Shown one piece after another: positions 15,724-25,668 of a stretch of 26,881 bases of DNA. The notes under the pieces were generated by a model, which saw only the letters and a list, made by a program, of their open reading frames with translations, searched no databases and was not told the origin of the DNA. How positions within the stretch are numbered: the stretch's first letter is position 1; every line of letters begins with the position of its first letter. Position numbers and translations under genes: made by a program. The stretch comes from a virus. Lineage: Duplodnaviria > Caudoviricetes. Where the stretch lies: IMG/VR virus record IMGVR_UViG_3300043407_000177, positions 1 through 26,881 of that record; one strand, written 5' to 3'.

Positions 15724-18700
15724 ATGCCTTCCCAATTCATCACCCGTCCCGACGGCACGGTTGAGCACGTGCGGACGGGTGGCAAGCCCATAGACCCGGC
15801 CAGCATCAAGAAACCTGACAACTCGCCGCGCATGATGCCTGGCGTACTTGGAGACCTGCAAGCAGCAGGACTCTCTGGACTTGTGTCTGCCGGTCAGACA
15901 TTGATGCGCACCGGTGACGTCGGCAAAACGATCGGCGCTTATTACACCGGAGGCGCCGAAGACATCAGCCGAAACGCATCACCAGCGACGCGGCTGATTG
16001 TTGCTCCTGTCCAGAACCTGACCCAAAGCGTACTTGGCAACGCACCGGCCGACATCGTCAGCTCGGCAATGGGCCGTCCGCGGCCAGTGGGGGCCCCGGA
16101 CGCCAAGTTGCTGGGAGTGTTGCCGGCTTTGCCGAAGATCAAGTACCAGAACCCGACGGAGGAAATGCTGGGCGGATTCATCCAAGGGGCCATGGGATTC
16201 TTCTTGGCGTCCAAGGGCCTGAAGGGAGCCGGCGGTGCGGCCATGCAAGTGCCTGCGGTTGCCGGTGCGGCAAGGATGGTGCAACCCTTGGTCCAGGCTT
16301 CCAGGACCTTGGGCTCCTTTGCCAAGGGCGCTCCTGGCGTCGCTGGTGTTGCGGCAAAGACTGCGATTGGAGCTGGCTCCATCGTTGCTCAAGGCGCTGC
16401 ACCTGGCTTCATTGTCGATTACGCGGGTTTTGACGCAAGCTCGACGCTGACGGATCAGGTCCTGACCTGGGTCGAGAAGCAGCGCGGGACACCAATCCAT
16501 GCCCCGTTGCTCGACCTGGTGCGTTCAGCGCCTGGCGACACTGCTGCCGATGCACGTTGGAAGTCCGGCGTCGAAGGCATGTTCTTCGTTGGCCCAGCGG
16601 CCAGCGCAACCATCGAGGGCCTCGGCCGGGTGGCCAAGTCGATCATCAACCTGGCCAATGCTCGCCAAGCCACCAAAGGTGCTGATCCCAACGTCCCACC
16701 TGAGCCCCCGGCGTCTGGGCAAACAGTTGACGTCACCGCGGCCCCCGTCGGCCCTAACGCCAAGGTTGCCACCGATCCCAATGCCGGCCCTGGCGTCACC
16801 CAGCCGGCCCCCAAGAGCAAGCCTTCTGCGCCTGACATCGCCAAGGCGTACATGGACATGCGGCCTCGGACGCCGTTGTGGGAACAGCAAGGCGTTGAGG
16901 TCCAAGGGCGTCTTGATGACCCCCGGACCGACGTGCAAGCAGCAACAGCTGACTTCGTCAAAGCAACGACCGACGCCGAGATTGCGGTGTCCCGTGCGTC
17001 TAACACGGTGCCCGATGAAGCCGGCCCGGTGCCGACGGTGGACCGTGGCAACGCCATGCCGAGCTATTCCCAAGTGCGGGAAACGCCTGTTGCTGACATT
17101 GACACCGACCCGGTCAGGTTGCAGTTCAAGGCAGCTGGCCAAGGCAAAGGCAAGCGTGGTGTCTCCGGGTCCCTGAAGGACGCCAAGTCCTATGACCCGT
17201 TGTTCGGCAAGATCGTCAGCGTCTGGCGTGACCCGGAGACCGGGCGCCTGCTGGTCGTCAACGGCCACAACCGCTTGGACCTGGCCCGTCGGTCTGGCGT
17301 CCAGAACATCTTGACCTGGGAGATCGACGCCCCCAATGCCGACATGGCCCGGGCCATTGGCGCAATGGAAAACATTGCCGAAGGCCAAGGCACGGCTTGG
17401 GACGCCGCCAAGATCATGCGCGACATGGGCATCGACGGCGAGGAGATGGCTCGTCGCAACATCGACGTCACCAAAGGCGTGGCGGAAAAAGGCGTGGCGC
17501 TCTCCCGCTTGCCGCAGGAGATCTTTGAGCAAGGCGCCACCGGCAAGTTGAGCCTGGAGAAAGCTGTGGCCCTGGGCAGCGTGAAGCTCGACGACGTCGT
17601 CGTACGGGACGTGGCGGCCCAGGCAGCCAAGAAGGGTTGGCCGGCCGACAAGATCCTCCAGGCCATGCAGGAGGCCAAGTTTGCTCAGACAGCTGAAGTC
17701 ACTGGTGGTGGCGTGTTGCCTGGGTTTGAGGACATGTTCAAGACCAGCAATTTTGATCAACTGCTGGACATCAGGACCGAGGCGTTCAAGGCCTTGCGGG
17801 AGGAGATGGTTGCGTTGACGTCTGTGTCCCGGGAAGGGCGCAGGGGGATTCTTGAGGCTGCCGGCAATGTCGTCGACGTCGCCGGGTCGCAAGCTGCAAG
17901 GGGCCAGGCTGCGATCGCTGTCAACATCTTTGACCGGGTCACCGGGTACACCGGGCCAGTGCGGGACCTGCTGAATGAAATGGCGGCCTTGGTGGGCCCC
18001 AAGCGTTCAGCTAAAGCCATCGTCACCGAGAACCTTGAGCGGCTACGGGCTGCGATCGAGGCCGAAGGTGGCAAGCCACGACTCCCCCTTGATCAACCAC
18101 CGGCGCAAGCTGTGGCCCCGAGTGTCCCAAGCGCGGGAACTCCGGCGCCCGAAGCGCCAGTGCTTGCGCGACCAGCCGAGGAGGCGGCACCTGCTGTTTC
18201 CGACGAAGCAATCAAGGCACTGGAAGACGCCTATCCGTACACAGCAAGAGCTGCTGAGCCGCCAGTCACTGTCGCCGCAGCAAGGTTGCAGGAGGTCAAG
18301 AAACTCCTGCAAGGCACACAGGAGCAGATTCAGCAACTGAAAGCCAATCCACCGGAGCCAAGTGCCAGCGCAGCTGTAACGGCAAAGCAGCAGCGGGACT
18401 GGGACAAAAACCTGGCCAAGTTTGTCCAGCAAGAAGCACAGGTCCAGGAAGACCTTGTCGTGGCTCAAGCGGCCCTTGATCGCTTAACTGGCGCCCCCAA
18501 GCCCGGCGCTCAGCTGACGTCAGAGCAAATGGGTTCACTGGACCCCGATGCCGTGCGCAAGGCTGGCGAGATCCTGCCGGACCAGTTGCCGAGCTCGTAT
18601 CGCGTCGACCCGGACGTGGTTGCAGCCGTCAAGGACACCATGATCAACGTGGTTCGCCGCATTGCTGGTGACGACGTCGCCGTAAAGTTTCAGGACGGGA

Positions 18701-21700
18701 TGGTGTTCAAAGAGGGCACTGCAGCCCACGGCACCCAAGGCAAGGTGCGTCGCATTGGCGGTGGATACAACCTTGATCTCAAGTCCAGCATTGAAGGGGA
18801 CCCAATCAAGGAAGTGATTGACTTCCACGAAATGTCGTTGATGCCGTTCAAAGGTGCAACCATTGTTGATTACACAAAGAGCAAGCTAAACGTTGCCGCC
18901 CACGAAGCGTTTCATGTTTTGCAGTTGAGAAGCATGACTGCGGATCAGCTGAAAGTCATGAACACAATGTTTGCCAAGTTGAAGCTGTACTTTGCCGAAA
19001 AGAACAGGCGGGGTCGAGCTTCTGGACGGACCGATCGACCCATTGAGCAAGGTGCACAAGCATTTGAAAGCTACGCAGATGCTGCTGCTGCAGGTGTTTC
19101 GCCGGGTGCCGTCATGCTTGGCGTCACCCCAGACGACATCAAGTTTTTCAATGAAATAAAGCCCACCGACGCTGTCGAGAAGACCGTCGCCGGGGCCGGC
19201 AAAGCCATCCTCAATGGCATTGCGTTGATCGACGACATGTTCGTCTATGCCGAGCGGTTGTACAACGCTTTCCGGGGCCGTGGCTGGACATCTGTTCGGG
19301 ACATCTTTGCCCAGGCGTACTCGGGCGAGCTAAAGAAACAGACCGAAGGGCTCGGCAGCGTCCTTGACATCGTCGGCATGGCCGAGGGCCAGGAGAAGGA
19401 ATGGGCCCGTCGGATCCGTGAGCTCGACAAGCAGGGCGTTCCCGGCCTGAAGCCCATGGTTGACTTTGCCCGGGACGAGCGCCTGTTGTCAGAGCAGCCG
19501 ACGCAGTTGACCAGCGAGGTGCCAGAAGGGCCGCGGCCGGTGGACCCAAGCCCTGGTCCCGAAAACAGCGACGAGTGGGTGCGTCGATTTGCCCAGCAAC
19601 TTGGGTTGACCAAGGAGCAACTGCTGAGCGGAGAGATCACCTACGACGATCTGCTGACCAACAGTTTCCAAAAGACCCAAAGCCCTTCCGGCCAAAGCAT
19701 CTACACCGCAACCAAGGAAGACCTGGTCGACGGTTACAACGCGATGTCCAAGGTGTTGCCTGATCGGGCCGAGATGTCTGGACGCCCAGTGTTCACCCGG
19801 GAGGAGTACCGGTCCTTGAGCGAAGCGTGGCTGACTCGTCACGGTCAAGACGGCCCTCTCATCATGCGGGGCCTGGATCCACTGATTGCTGGCTTTGAGG
19901 AGTACCAGCTGGGCGCTTTGAACCGTGCCATGTGGCTGGCCGACAAGAAACAGGTTGAGGCTTCGATGGAAGCTGCCATGTGGCTGAACTCAGCTGGTGT
20001 CGAAGGTCTCAACGAATCAGAACGCCTGGCTCGGTTGATCACTGCGGCTGAATCAGCACGTGCCACCCACGAAGCCGTGATGCGGGTCACCAGGCCCTGG
20101 GGCCAGCTAGGCGTTGAGATGCAGGTGCCCCGCAACTACGACGCCCCACCGGCAACAGGTGTGGCGCAAGTGGCAGGCGAGCCCGCGGCTGTTGCTGGGC
20201 CATCGGCCGAGATGGTCGGCGCTGGTCCTGCTGGTCCTGCCGGGCCACCAGCCGAAGCGGTTGACATTGAGGAAGCGATCACCAGGGAGCTTCAAGTTGA
20301 AGGGGCCCGCCCGATCGAGGAGACCATCACCGGCAAGATCGACGAGGAGCTAGTGCAAGCCGCCAACGGTGGCGAAATCACGCCTAAGGCCCAGGCCGCG
20401 GCTGATGCGCTGGCTCAAAGCCTGATCAGTGCCGGCGCTGAGCCAGCCATGCGCGAGAGGTGGTGGCGTCGTCTTGATGACCCGGCCATGCAGAACACTG
20501 GCCCCAGCGGGTTGTTGATGTTGCGGGTCAACAACCTGATCAGCAGCGGCGTCACTGCAAACACCAACTTCTTTAACGGCATGCTGAACCTGGCTCGGTT
20601 CCCATTGCAACAAGCAGGAGGCGCCGTGGCCCAGGGCGAAATGAAGCGAGCCATGTACTCGATGCTGATGTACCAGCAGTACTGGATGAACTTGAGCAAC
20701 GCCATGCGCATTGCTGGCCACTCCTTAAAAGCTGGCCGGTCGTTGATGAACATGGACGTCAGCTCGCTCGATTGGCTGGACCGTGTCGCACAACGCGACG
20801 CGCAAGGCGAGCTGCTGTCTGGACCAGATGCCCAGACCGGTTGGACCATCAACACGGTCAACATGAGCCAGGAATACGCCCAACGCCCCATCGGCCAGGC
20901 CATCAACAAGCTGTGGCAAGTTGTCGGCACAGGCGCCAGCCGCTTGGCCCTTGGCATCGACACCTTCAACTCCACGCTCGCTGGCTACTCCTACGAGCAC
21001 GTGCGCCACCTGCCCCGGGGCATGGATCTGGCAATGGAGCGCGGCATGAAGGAGTTCAGTCCAGAGGCCTGGAAGTTTGCGCAGCAATACGCAGACGCCA
21101 GGACCCAAGAAACCATGAAGTCAGCAGTGATTGACGGCAAAAACTTGGCCGACGTGGTCATGGAAAGCCCTCAGGCCCAGAACTTCATGAACGCCATCAA
21201 CTTCACCGACAACGTGTGGGCTGAGCTTGAGACCAGGACCCTGTCGAACGGCATCAGCATCGGCCAGTCCAAGGGCTTGAGCGGCAACGACTTGCAGGAC
21301 TTTGCCCAGAAGTACGTGGACGAGGGCCAGACGCAGCACCGCTTGGCCAACTTTGTCCTCAACGGCTCGGTGCCCTTTGGCCGGATTGGGTCGATCCCAG
21401 GCGAAGCCATGCAAACGCTGTCCAATGCCCGCTTGGTTGGTCCGATCTTCAAGTTCATCCAACCGTTCCAACGGGTGCCGACAAACATCATCAAGTCCGC
21501 CATGCGCAACACGCCTGCTGCGGTCTTTGTTGACACGTGGTGGAGGGACGTCACAAGCGAAGACGCCGGGACCCGGGACCGAGCCGTGGGGGAAGTGGCG
21601 ATGGGGTCAACGGCTTTGTCGCTGGTCGCCATGGCTTCGGGTCTGGGGTATCTCAGGTTCAACGGTGGCGGCCCGATTGACCCTGCCGCCAAGGAGAAGT

Positions 21701-22812
21701 GGACGACGATCGAGAAACGGATGCCGTATTCGATCCAGATCTGGGACGAAACCGCCAGGACCTGGTCGGTCCCTACGTCCATGAGAGCCCTGGAACCGTT
21801 TGCCACGCTCTTTGGGGCCATTGGTGATTACACCGACATTGCCAATTCTTTGTCGATTGAGAACCGCAACCGCTTGGGGTCCAGCCTGGTGCTGACCTTG
21901 GCTCGGATGTCGACCAGCGGTGTGCTTAGCAAAAGCTATTTCCAAGGTTTCAACGAGTTGTACGAAGCAGCGTTCAACCCCAGCAAGATCATCACGGGGC
22001 CCGCTCAACGCGATCCATTGGCTCGGTACATGTCCAGGATCGTGGCCAGCCTGGTGCCGTACAGCAGCGCCTTGCGGGCATCACGACGCGAGACAGATCC
22101 GATCAGCCGCACCGTGGACCCAAGCGACATCGGCGGGCTCATGGGCTTCTTCCAGGAGACCTTCGACGAAGTGCGCAACGCAACGCCCGGGTGGTCCAAC
22201 ACGTTGCCGGCGCGTCGTGACTGGATCAACGGGGCCCCGATCTTGACCCAGGGCATCTTGGGCGCAGAGATCATCCCGGCTGACATGCCTTGGCTCCAAG
22301 CCGCCATGCAGTTCACCCCGTTCGCTGCGTTCCAGCAGGGCCGCGAAACCCTTGGACCCGTTCACGAAGAGATGGGCATGCTGTCCGGCAAGGGCACCAA
22401 CTTCTCTGGGCCACGGGCCGCTGACTTTGGCCCAGAGATGCGCCTGACCCCCAGCGAGCTTGAGGACTACGTCGTGCGCTTTGCGTCCGTCAAGGACGAG
22501 TACGGCTTGACGTTTGAACAGACAGCCACCAAGTTGATCGAGTCCCCTCAGTACCAGTCTTGGCCCATTGACGGGCCGTCAAGCCGCGACGTCAGCCTCC
22601 GTGCTGCTGCAATCCAAACCGAGATCCAACGGTTCAAAAAGTTGGCCAAGGAGGACTTCAAGTTCAACACGGCCAAGGGTCAGCTCATTGCTGCTGAAGA
22701 GGCCGACGCTGAAGCCAGAAAGGCTGAAAAAACTTACATTCAACGGTACGGTATGGACAACAGCTTGCAGCCAGCGCAACCCAGCACCTCCTGGTCCCCA
22801 ACCCCCCGCTAG
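15724..22812 (+). CDS. large internal virion protein, gp16 position, multidomain (ParB-like, HExxH metallopeptidase-like)
   Basis: 2362 aa, located between gp15 and the tail fibre. VVNGHNRL (about 17254-17277), HEAFH (18901-18915), and a C-terminal region with QPFQRVPTNI, GGGP, PYSI and KSYFQGF as seen in large podovirus internal proteins. Confidence 0.82.
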   Translation: MPSQFITRPDGTVEHVRTGGKPIDPASIKKPDNSPRMMPGVLGDLQAAGLSGLVSAGQTLMRTGDVGKTIGAYYTGGAEDISRNASPATRLIVAPVQNLTQSVLGNAPADIVSSAMGRPRPVGAPDAKLLGVLPALPKIKYQNPTEEMLGGFIQGAMGFFLASKGLKGAGGAAMQVPAVAGAARMVQPLVQASRTLGSFAKGAPGVAGVAAKTAIGAGSIVAQGAAPGFIVDYAGFDASSTLTDQVLTWVEKQRGTPIHAPLLDLVRSAPGDTAADARWKSGVEGMFFVGPAASATIEGLGRVAKSIINLANARQATKGADPNVPPEPPASGQTVDVTAAPVGPNAKVATDPNAGPGVTQPAPKSKPSAPDIAKAYMDMRPRTPLWEQQGVEVQGRLDDPRTDVQAATADFVKATTDAEIAVSRASNTVPDEAGPVPTVDRGNAMPSYSQVRETPVADIDTDPVRLQFKAAGQGKGKRGVSGSLKDAKSYDPLFGKIVSVWRDPETGRLLVVNGHNRLDLARRSGVQNILTWEIDAPNADMARAIGAMENIAEGQGTAWDAAKIMRDMGIDGEEMARRNIDVTKGVAEKGVALSRLPQEIFEQGATGKLSLEKAVALGSVKLDDVVVRDVAAQAAKKGWPADKILQAMQEAKFAQTAEVTGGGVLPGFEDMFKTSNFDQLLDIRTEAFKALREEMVALTSVSREGRRGILEAAGNVVDVAGSQAARGQAAIAVNIFDRVTGYTGPVRDLLNEMAALVGPKRSAKAIVTENLERLRAAIEAEGGKPRLPLDQPPAQAVAPSVPSAGTPAPEAPVLARPAEEAAPAVSDEAIKALEDAYPYTARAAEPPVTVAAARLQEVKKLLQGTQEQIQQLKANPPEPSASAAVTAKQQRDWDKNLAKFVQQEAQVQEDLVVAQAALDRLTGAPKPGAQLTSEQMGSLDPDAVRKAGEILPDQLPSSYRVDPDVVAAVKDTMINVVRRIAGDDVAVKFQDGMVFKEGTAAHGTQGKVRRIGGGYNLDLKSSIEGDPIKEVIDFHEMSLMPFKGATIVDYTKSKLNVAAHEAFHVLQLRSMTADQLKVMNTMFAKLKLYFAEKNRRGRASGRTDRPIEQGAQAFESYADAAAAGVSPGAVMLGVTPDDIKFFNEIKPTDAVEKTVAGAGKAILNGIALIDDMFVYAERLYNAFRGRGWTSVRDIFAQAYSGELKKQTEGLGSVLDIVGMAEGQEKEWARRIRELDKQGVPGLKPMVDFARDERLLSEQPTQLTSEVPEGPRPVDPSPGPENSDEWVRRFAQQLGLTKEQLLSGEITYDDLLTNSFQKTQSPSGQSIYTATKEDLVDGYNAMSKVLPDRAEMSGRPVFTREEYRSLSEAWLTRHGQDGPLIMRGLDPLIAGFEEYQLGALNRAMWLADKKQVEASMEAAMWLNSAGVEGLNESERLARLITAAESARATHEAVMRVTRPWGQLGVEMQVPRNYDAPPATGVAQVAGEPAAVAGPSAEMVGAGPAGPAGPPAEAVDIEEAITRELQVEGARPIEETITGKIDEELVQAANGGEITPKAQAAADALAQSLISAGAEPAMRERWWRRLDDPAMQNTGPSGLLMLRVNNLISSGVTANTNFFNGMLNLARFPLQQAGGAVAQGEMKRAMYSMLMYQQYWMNLSNAMRIAGHSLKAGRSLMNMDVSSLDWLDRVAQRDAQGELLSGPDAQTGWTINTVNMSQEYAQRPIGQAINKLWQVVGTGASRLALGIDTFNSTLAGYSYEHVRHLPRGMDLAMERGMKEFSPEAWKFAQQYADARTQETMKSAVIDGKNLADVVMESPQAQNFMNAINFTDNVWAELETRTLSNGISIGQSKGLSGNDLQDFAQKYVDEGQTQHRLANFVLNGSVPFGRIGSIPGEAMQTLSNARLVGPIFKFIQPFQRVPTNIIKSAMRNTPAAVFVDTWWRDVTSEDAGTRDRAVGEVAMGSTALSLVAMASGLGYLRFNGGGPIDPAAKEKWTTIEKRMPYSIQIWDETARTWSVPTSMRALEPFATLFGAIGDYTDIANSLSIENRNRLGSSLVLTLARMSTSGVLSKSYFQGFNELYEAAFNPSKIITGPAQRDPLARYMSRIVASLVPYSSALRASRRETDPISRTVDPSDIGGLMGFFQETFDEVRNATPGWSNTLPARRDWINGAPILTQGILGAEIIPADMPWLQAAMQFTPFAAFQQGRETLGPVHEEMGMLSGKGTNFSGPRAADFGPEMRLTPSELEDYVVRFASVKDEYGLTFEQTATKLIESPQYQSWPIDGPSSRDVSLRAAAIQTEIQRFKKLAKEDFKFNTAKGQLIAAEEADAEARKAEKTYIQRYGMDNSLQPAQPSTSWSPTPR

Positions 22813-22818
22813 ACCCCG

Positions 22819-25656
22819 ATGCCTTACTCGTACAGCATCAATACCGGCAACGGCTCAGCCACTCAATTCGCAGTGGCGTTTCCTTATATCCGCAAGGAAC
22901 ACATCGTTGCGTATGTCAATTACACCCTGACGTCGGCCTTCACCTGGGTCAACGACAGCACCATCCAGTTCACGACAGCTCCGGGGGCGGGGGTTCGGGT
23001 TGAGATCAGGCGACTGACGCCCCTACCTGGCAACTTGGTTGACTATGCCGACGGGTCGACCCTGGTCGCGGCTGACCTGGACACCACCAACCTGCAGCAC
23101 CTGTACAAAGAACAGGAGATCGACGACGACATCAAGCAATCGGTCTACGTGGACCCGACAACGGGCTTCCCGACGGCCAGCAACCAACGGATCACCAATG
23201 TCCTGGATCCGGTAGCGGCACAGGACGCAGCCACAAAGAACTACGTCGATACCACGACCGTCGCATCAGCTGGCGACACGATGACTGGCCCCTTGGCCAT
23301 GTCGACCAACAAGATCACAGGCGTCGGTAATCCAACGTCCGCCCAAGACGCAGCCACCAAGGCGTACGTGGACTCGACGACGGTCGCGTCGGCCGGGGAC
23401 TCGATGACCGGGGCCCTGGCCATGGGCGCCAACAAGATCACCGGCCTTGGTGATCCGACGTCCGCCCAGGACGCCGCCACCAAGACCTACGTCGATTCAA
23501 CGACCTGGAACAACACCGACGAAACCATTGATTCAACCGAGACCTGGGTCTCGAGCAATGCGTACATCGGCACCACTGGCGCCACGACCAACGAGATGGA
23601 CGTGCGTCACGACACGCTGGTCCAGACGTCGACGCCAGCCGGGAGTGGCTGGAGGCTTGGCAAGACCTGGCTGCAGAACGACGTCAACAAGACCCTGTCG
23701 GTTTGGAACGGTTCTTCGTGGCTAGGTGTTGCATCCGGCGGCACGTTCACGACGCAGCCCACGACCATTTACGTCGATTCGATCAACGGTGATGACACGA
23801 ACGACGGTCACCGCATCATCAATCCAAAGAAGACCATCAAGAACGCCGTGGCTGCTGCTGCTGCTGGCGACATCATCAAGGTGGCCCCTGGCGTGTACCA
23901 AGAGGTACTGCCCATCGACATCACCGTTGCCAACCTTTCCATCGTTGGTGAGGCACAGCGGTCGTGCTTCATCCACCCAACGCCTGCCACCGAAACGCAG
24001 ATCATGTTCCGCTGCAACAGCGGCACCTACATTGACAACTTCACCTTTGCGGGCCTGAAGGCATCAGGGGCGCGTGGCACCAACACTGTTGATAGCGACG
24101 CAACCTATGGACTACCAGCCAACCAAGGCTGGGTTGCTGGCTTCTTGCCGGGTTGCATTATTCGTAAGTCGCCTTACATCAACAACAGCACCTCTTACAA
24201 CGACAGCGGCATCAACAATGCTGCGTTTGATCCAAACAACTACTCCGGCACTGGTGGTGACCTGACGTCAGCTCCAACTGGTGGTGGCATCATCGTTGAT
24301 GGTTCGTTGCCGGACGTATCCAGTCCCCTGAGGAGCTTCGTTCTCAACGAGTTCACCCAGATCTGCCTGGATGGACCAGGTCTGCTGGTGTGCAACAACG
24401 GCTATGCCCAGGCCGTGTCGTTCTTTGGTCTGTTTTGCCATTACCACGCCAAGGCGTTGTCTGGTGGACAGATCAACATGGAGGTCGGCACCACTGACTT
24501 CGGTCGATATGGATTGATTGCTGACGGCAAGAGCCCAAGCCCAATCTTCACAGCTACGTCGAACGGCTCTGCCACAGCTGCTGCTGTCACCTTTGCCATT
24601 AATGCCCCGTCAACCGGTCCTGGGTGGTTCGGTGATGCCAACCGGCCCGCTATCAACATGCTGGCTGAGGTCACCGTAGGCGGCACAACCTACCTTTACC
24701 CAATCCTCAACTCTGGGGTCAACGGAGCCGGGTGGAACGTCACCATCAGTCGTCCGAACCCCAGCAACAGGGCCCAGAACCTAGGTCTTGATGTCACTGT
24801 TCCGAGTGGAACCCAGTGGCGCTTTTACCTGCGGTCAATAGTCAGCACTGCGTCCCACACGATGGAGTACGCCGGGTCTGGCACTGATTACACCGCACTG
24901 CCAGAAAACGGTGGGGTGGCGATTGAGGCCAACGAGGCCATCAGCCGCAACGGTGGCAAGGTTTGGCTCACCAGTACCGACCAGAGCGGCAAGTTCAAGG
25001 TTGGGGACACGTTTGCGGTAGACCAGCAAACAGGTTTCATCACCATTGATCCACAAGGCGTTGCCATCAACGTCGTTTCCGACCTGACACCTGAGCTGGG
25101 TGGTGACCTGGACACGTTGACCCGCAGGATCTACAGCTCCATAAATCCCGACATCACGTTTGGCAACCCAATCAAGGAGACCGTTGCGAGCGTTGTTTAT
25201 CCGGTGGCAAGCCAGGTTGATGTCGGCACCGATCCGAACCAGATACCGCTGAATCAGTACCTGGGCACGATGGCGTTTCAGGACTCGGCTTTCATCTCCG
25301 TTGGCGGGATGCTGGCTAACGCCACGGGCGGCATCGGCTACGCAGTTGGGGCTGGTGCTGCGGTGACACAGCTCACGTCCAGGACGACTGGGGTCACGAT
25401 CAACGCCCCGTGTGGCTCGATCACGTTGTTCTCAGCTGCGGGCTCAACCACGTTCCAGACGTTCACGGTGACGAACTCAGCGGTCGCAATCAACGATGTG
25501 GTCCGGGTCTCTCAACGATCCGGCACGGACAGATACGCGATCTGGGTGACAGCCACAGCGGCGGGCAGTTTCAACTTGTCGTTTGCCACGCTGTCGGGCA
25601 CCACGACAGAGGCACCGGTCTTTAATTTCGCGGTCATCAAAGCCGCTAACTCCTGA
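22819..25656 (+). CDS. tail fibre protein with T7 gp17-like N-terminal anchor
   Basis: N-terminal GNGSATQFAVAFPYI...IRRLTP...VDYADGSTL...DLD...LY..QE, three QDAATKxYVD repeats, and a beta-helix-entry motif IYVDSINGDDTNDG...PKKTIKNA...IKVAPGVYQE. Confidence 0.9.
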   Translation: MPYSYSINTGNGSATQFAVAFPYIRKEHIVAYVNYTLTSAFTWVNDSTIQFTTAPGAGVRVEIRRLTPLPGNLVDYADGSTLVAADLDTTNLQHLYKEQEIDDDIKQSVYVDPTTGFPTASNQRITNVLDPVAAQDAATKNYVDTTTVASAGDTMTGPLAMSTNKITGVGNPTSAQDAATKAYVDSTTVASAGDSMTGALAMGANKITGLGDPTSAQDAATKTYVDSTTWNNTDETIDSTETWVSSNAYIGTTGATTNEMDVRHDTLVQTSTPAGSGWRLGKTWLQNDVNKTLSVWNGSSWLGVASGGTFTTQPTTIYVDSINGDDTNDGHRIINPKKTIKNAVAAAAAGDIIKVAPGVYQEVLPIDITVANLSIVGEAQRSCFIHPTPATETQIMFRCNSGTYIDNFTFAGLKASGARGTNTVDSDATYGLPANQGWVAGFLPGCIIRKSPYINNSTSYNDSGINNAAFDPNNYSGTGGDLTSAPTGGGIIVDGSLPDVSSPLRSFVLNEFTQICLDGPGLLVCNNGYAQAVSFFGLFCHYHAKALSGGQINMEVGTTDFGRYGLIADGKSPSPIFTATSNGSATAAAVTFAINAPSTGPGWFGDANRPAINMLAEVTVGGTTYLYPILNSGVNGAGWNVTISRPNPSNRAQNLGLDVTVPSGTQWRFYLRSIVSTASHTMEYAGSGTDYTALPENGGVAIEANEAISRNGGKVWLTSTDQSGKFKVGDTFAVDQQTGFITIDPQGVAINVVSDLTPELGGDLDTLTRRIYSSINPDITFGNPIKETVASVVYPVASQVDVGTDPNQIPLNQYLGTMAFQDSAFISVGGMLANATGGIGYAVGAGAAVTQLTSRTTGVTINAPCGSITLFSAAGSTTFQTFTVTNSAVAINDVVRVSQRSGTDRYAIWVTATAAGSFNLSFATLSGTTTEAPVFNFAVIKAANS
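23185..23505 (+). repeat. 123-nt (41-aa) tandem coding repeat, about 2.6 copies
   Basis: Units start at 23185, 23308 and 23431, consensus xxITxxxxPxxAQDAATKxYVDxTTVASAGDxMTGxLAM; synonymous positions have diverged between copies. Confidence 0.9.
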
Positions 25657-25668
25657 GGTCCCCCGATC

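Noticed and set aside
16525-17892. 455-aa minus-strand ORF, and similar ones at 13695-14690, 9441-10205, 2515-3261 and 3586-4227
   Set aside because: These are antisense shadows of GC-rich, codon-biased + strand genes, with no recognisable motifs.
17911-17918. GCGATCGC (cyanobacterial HIP1 octamer)
   Set aside because: Only one copy was noticed, which is no enrichment and uninformative about host.
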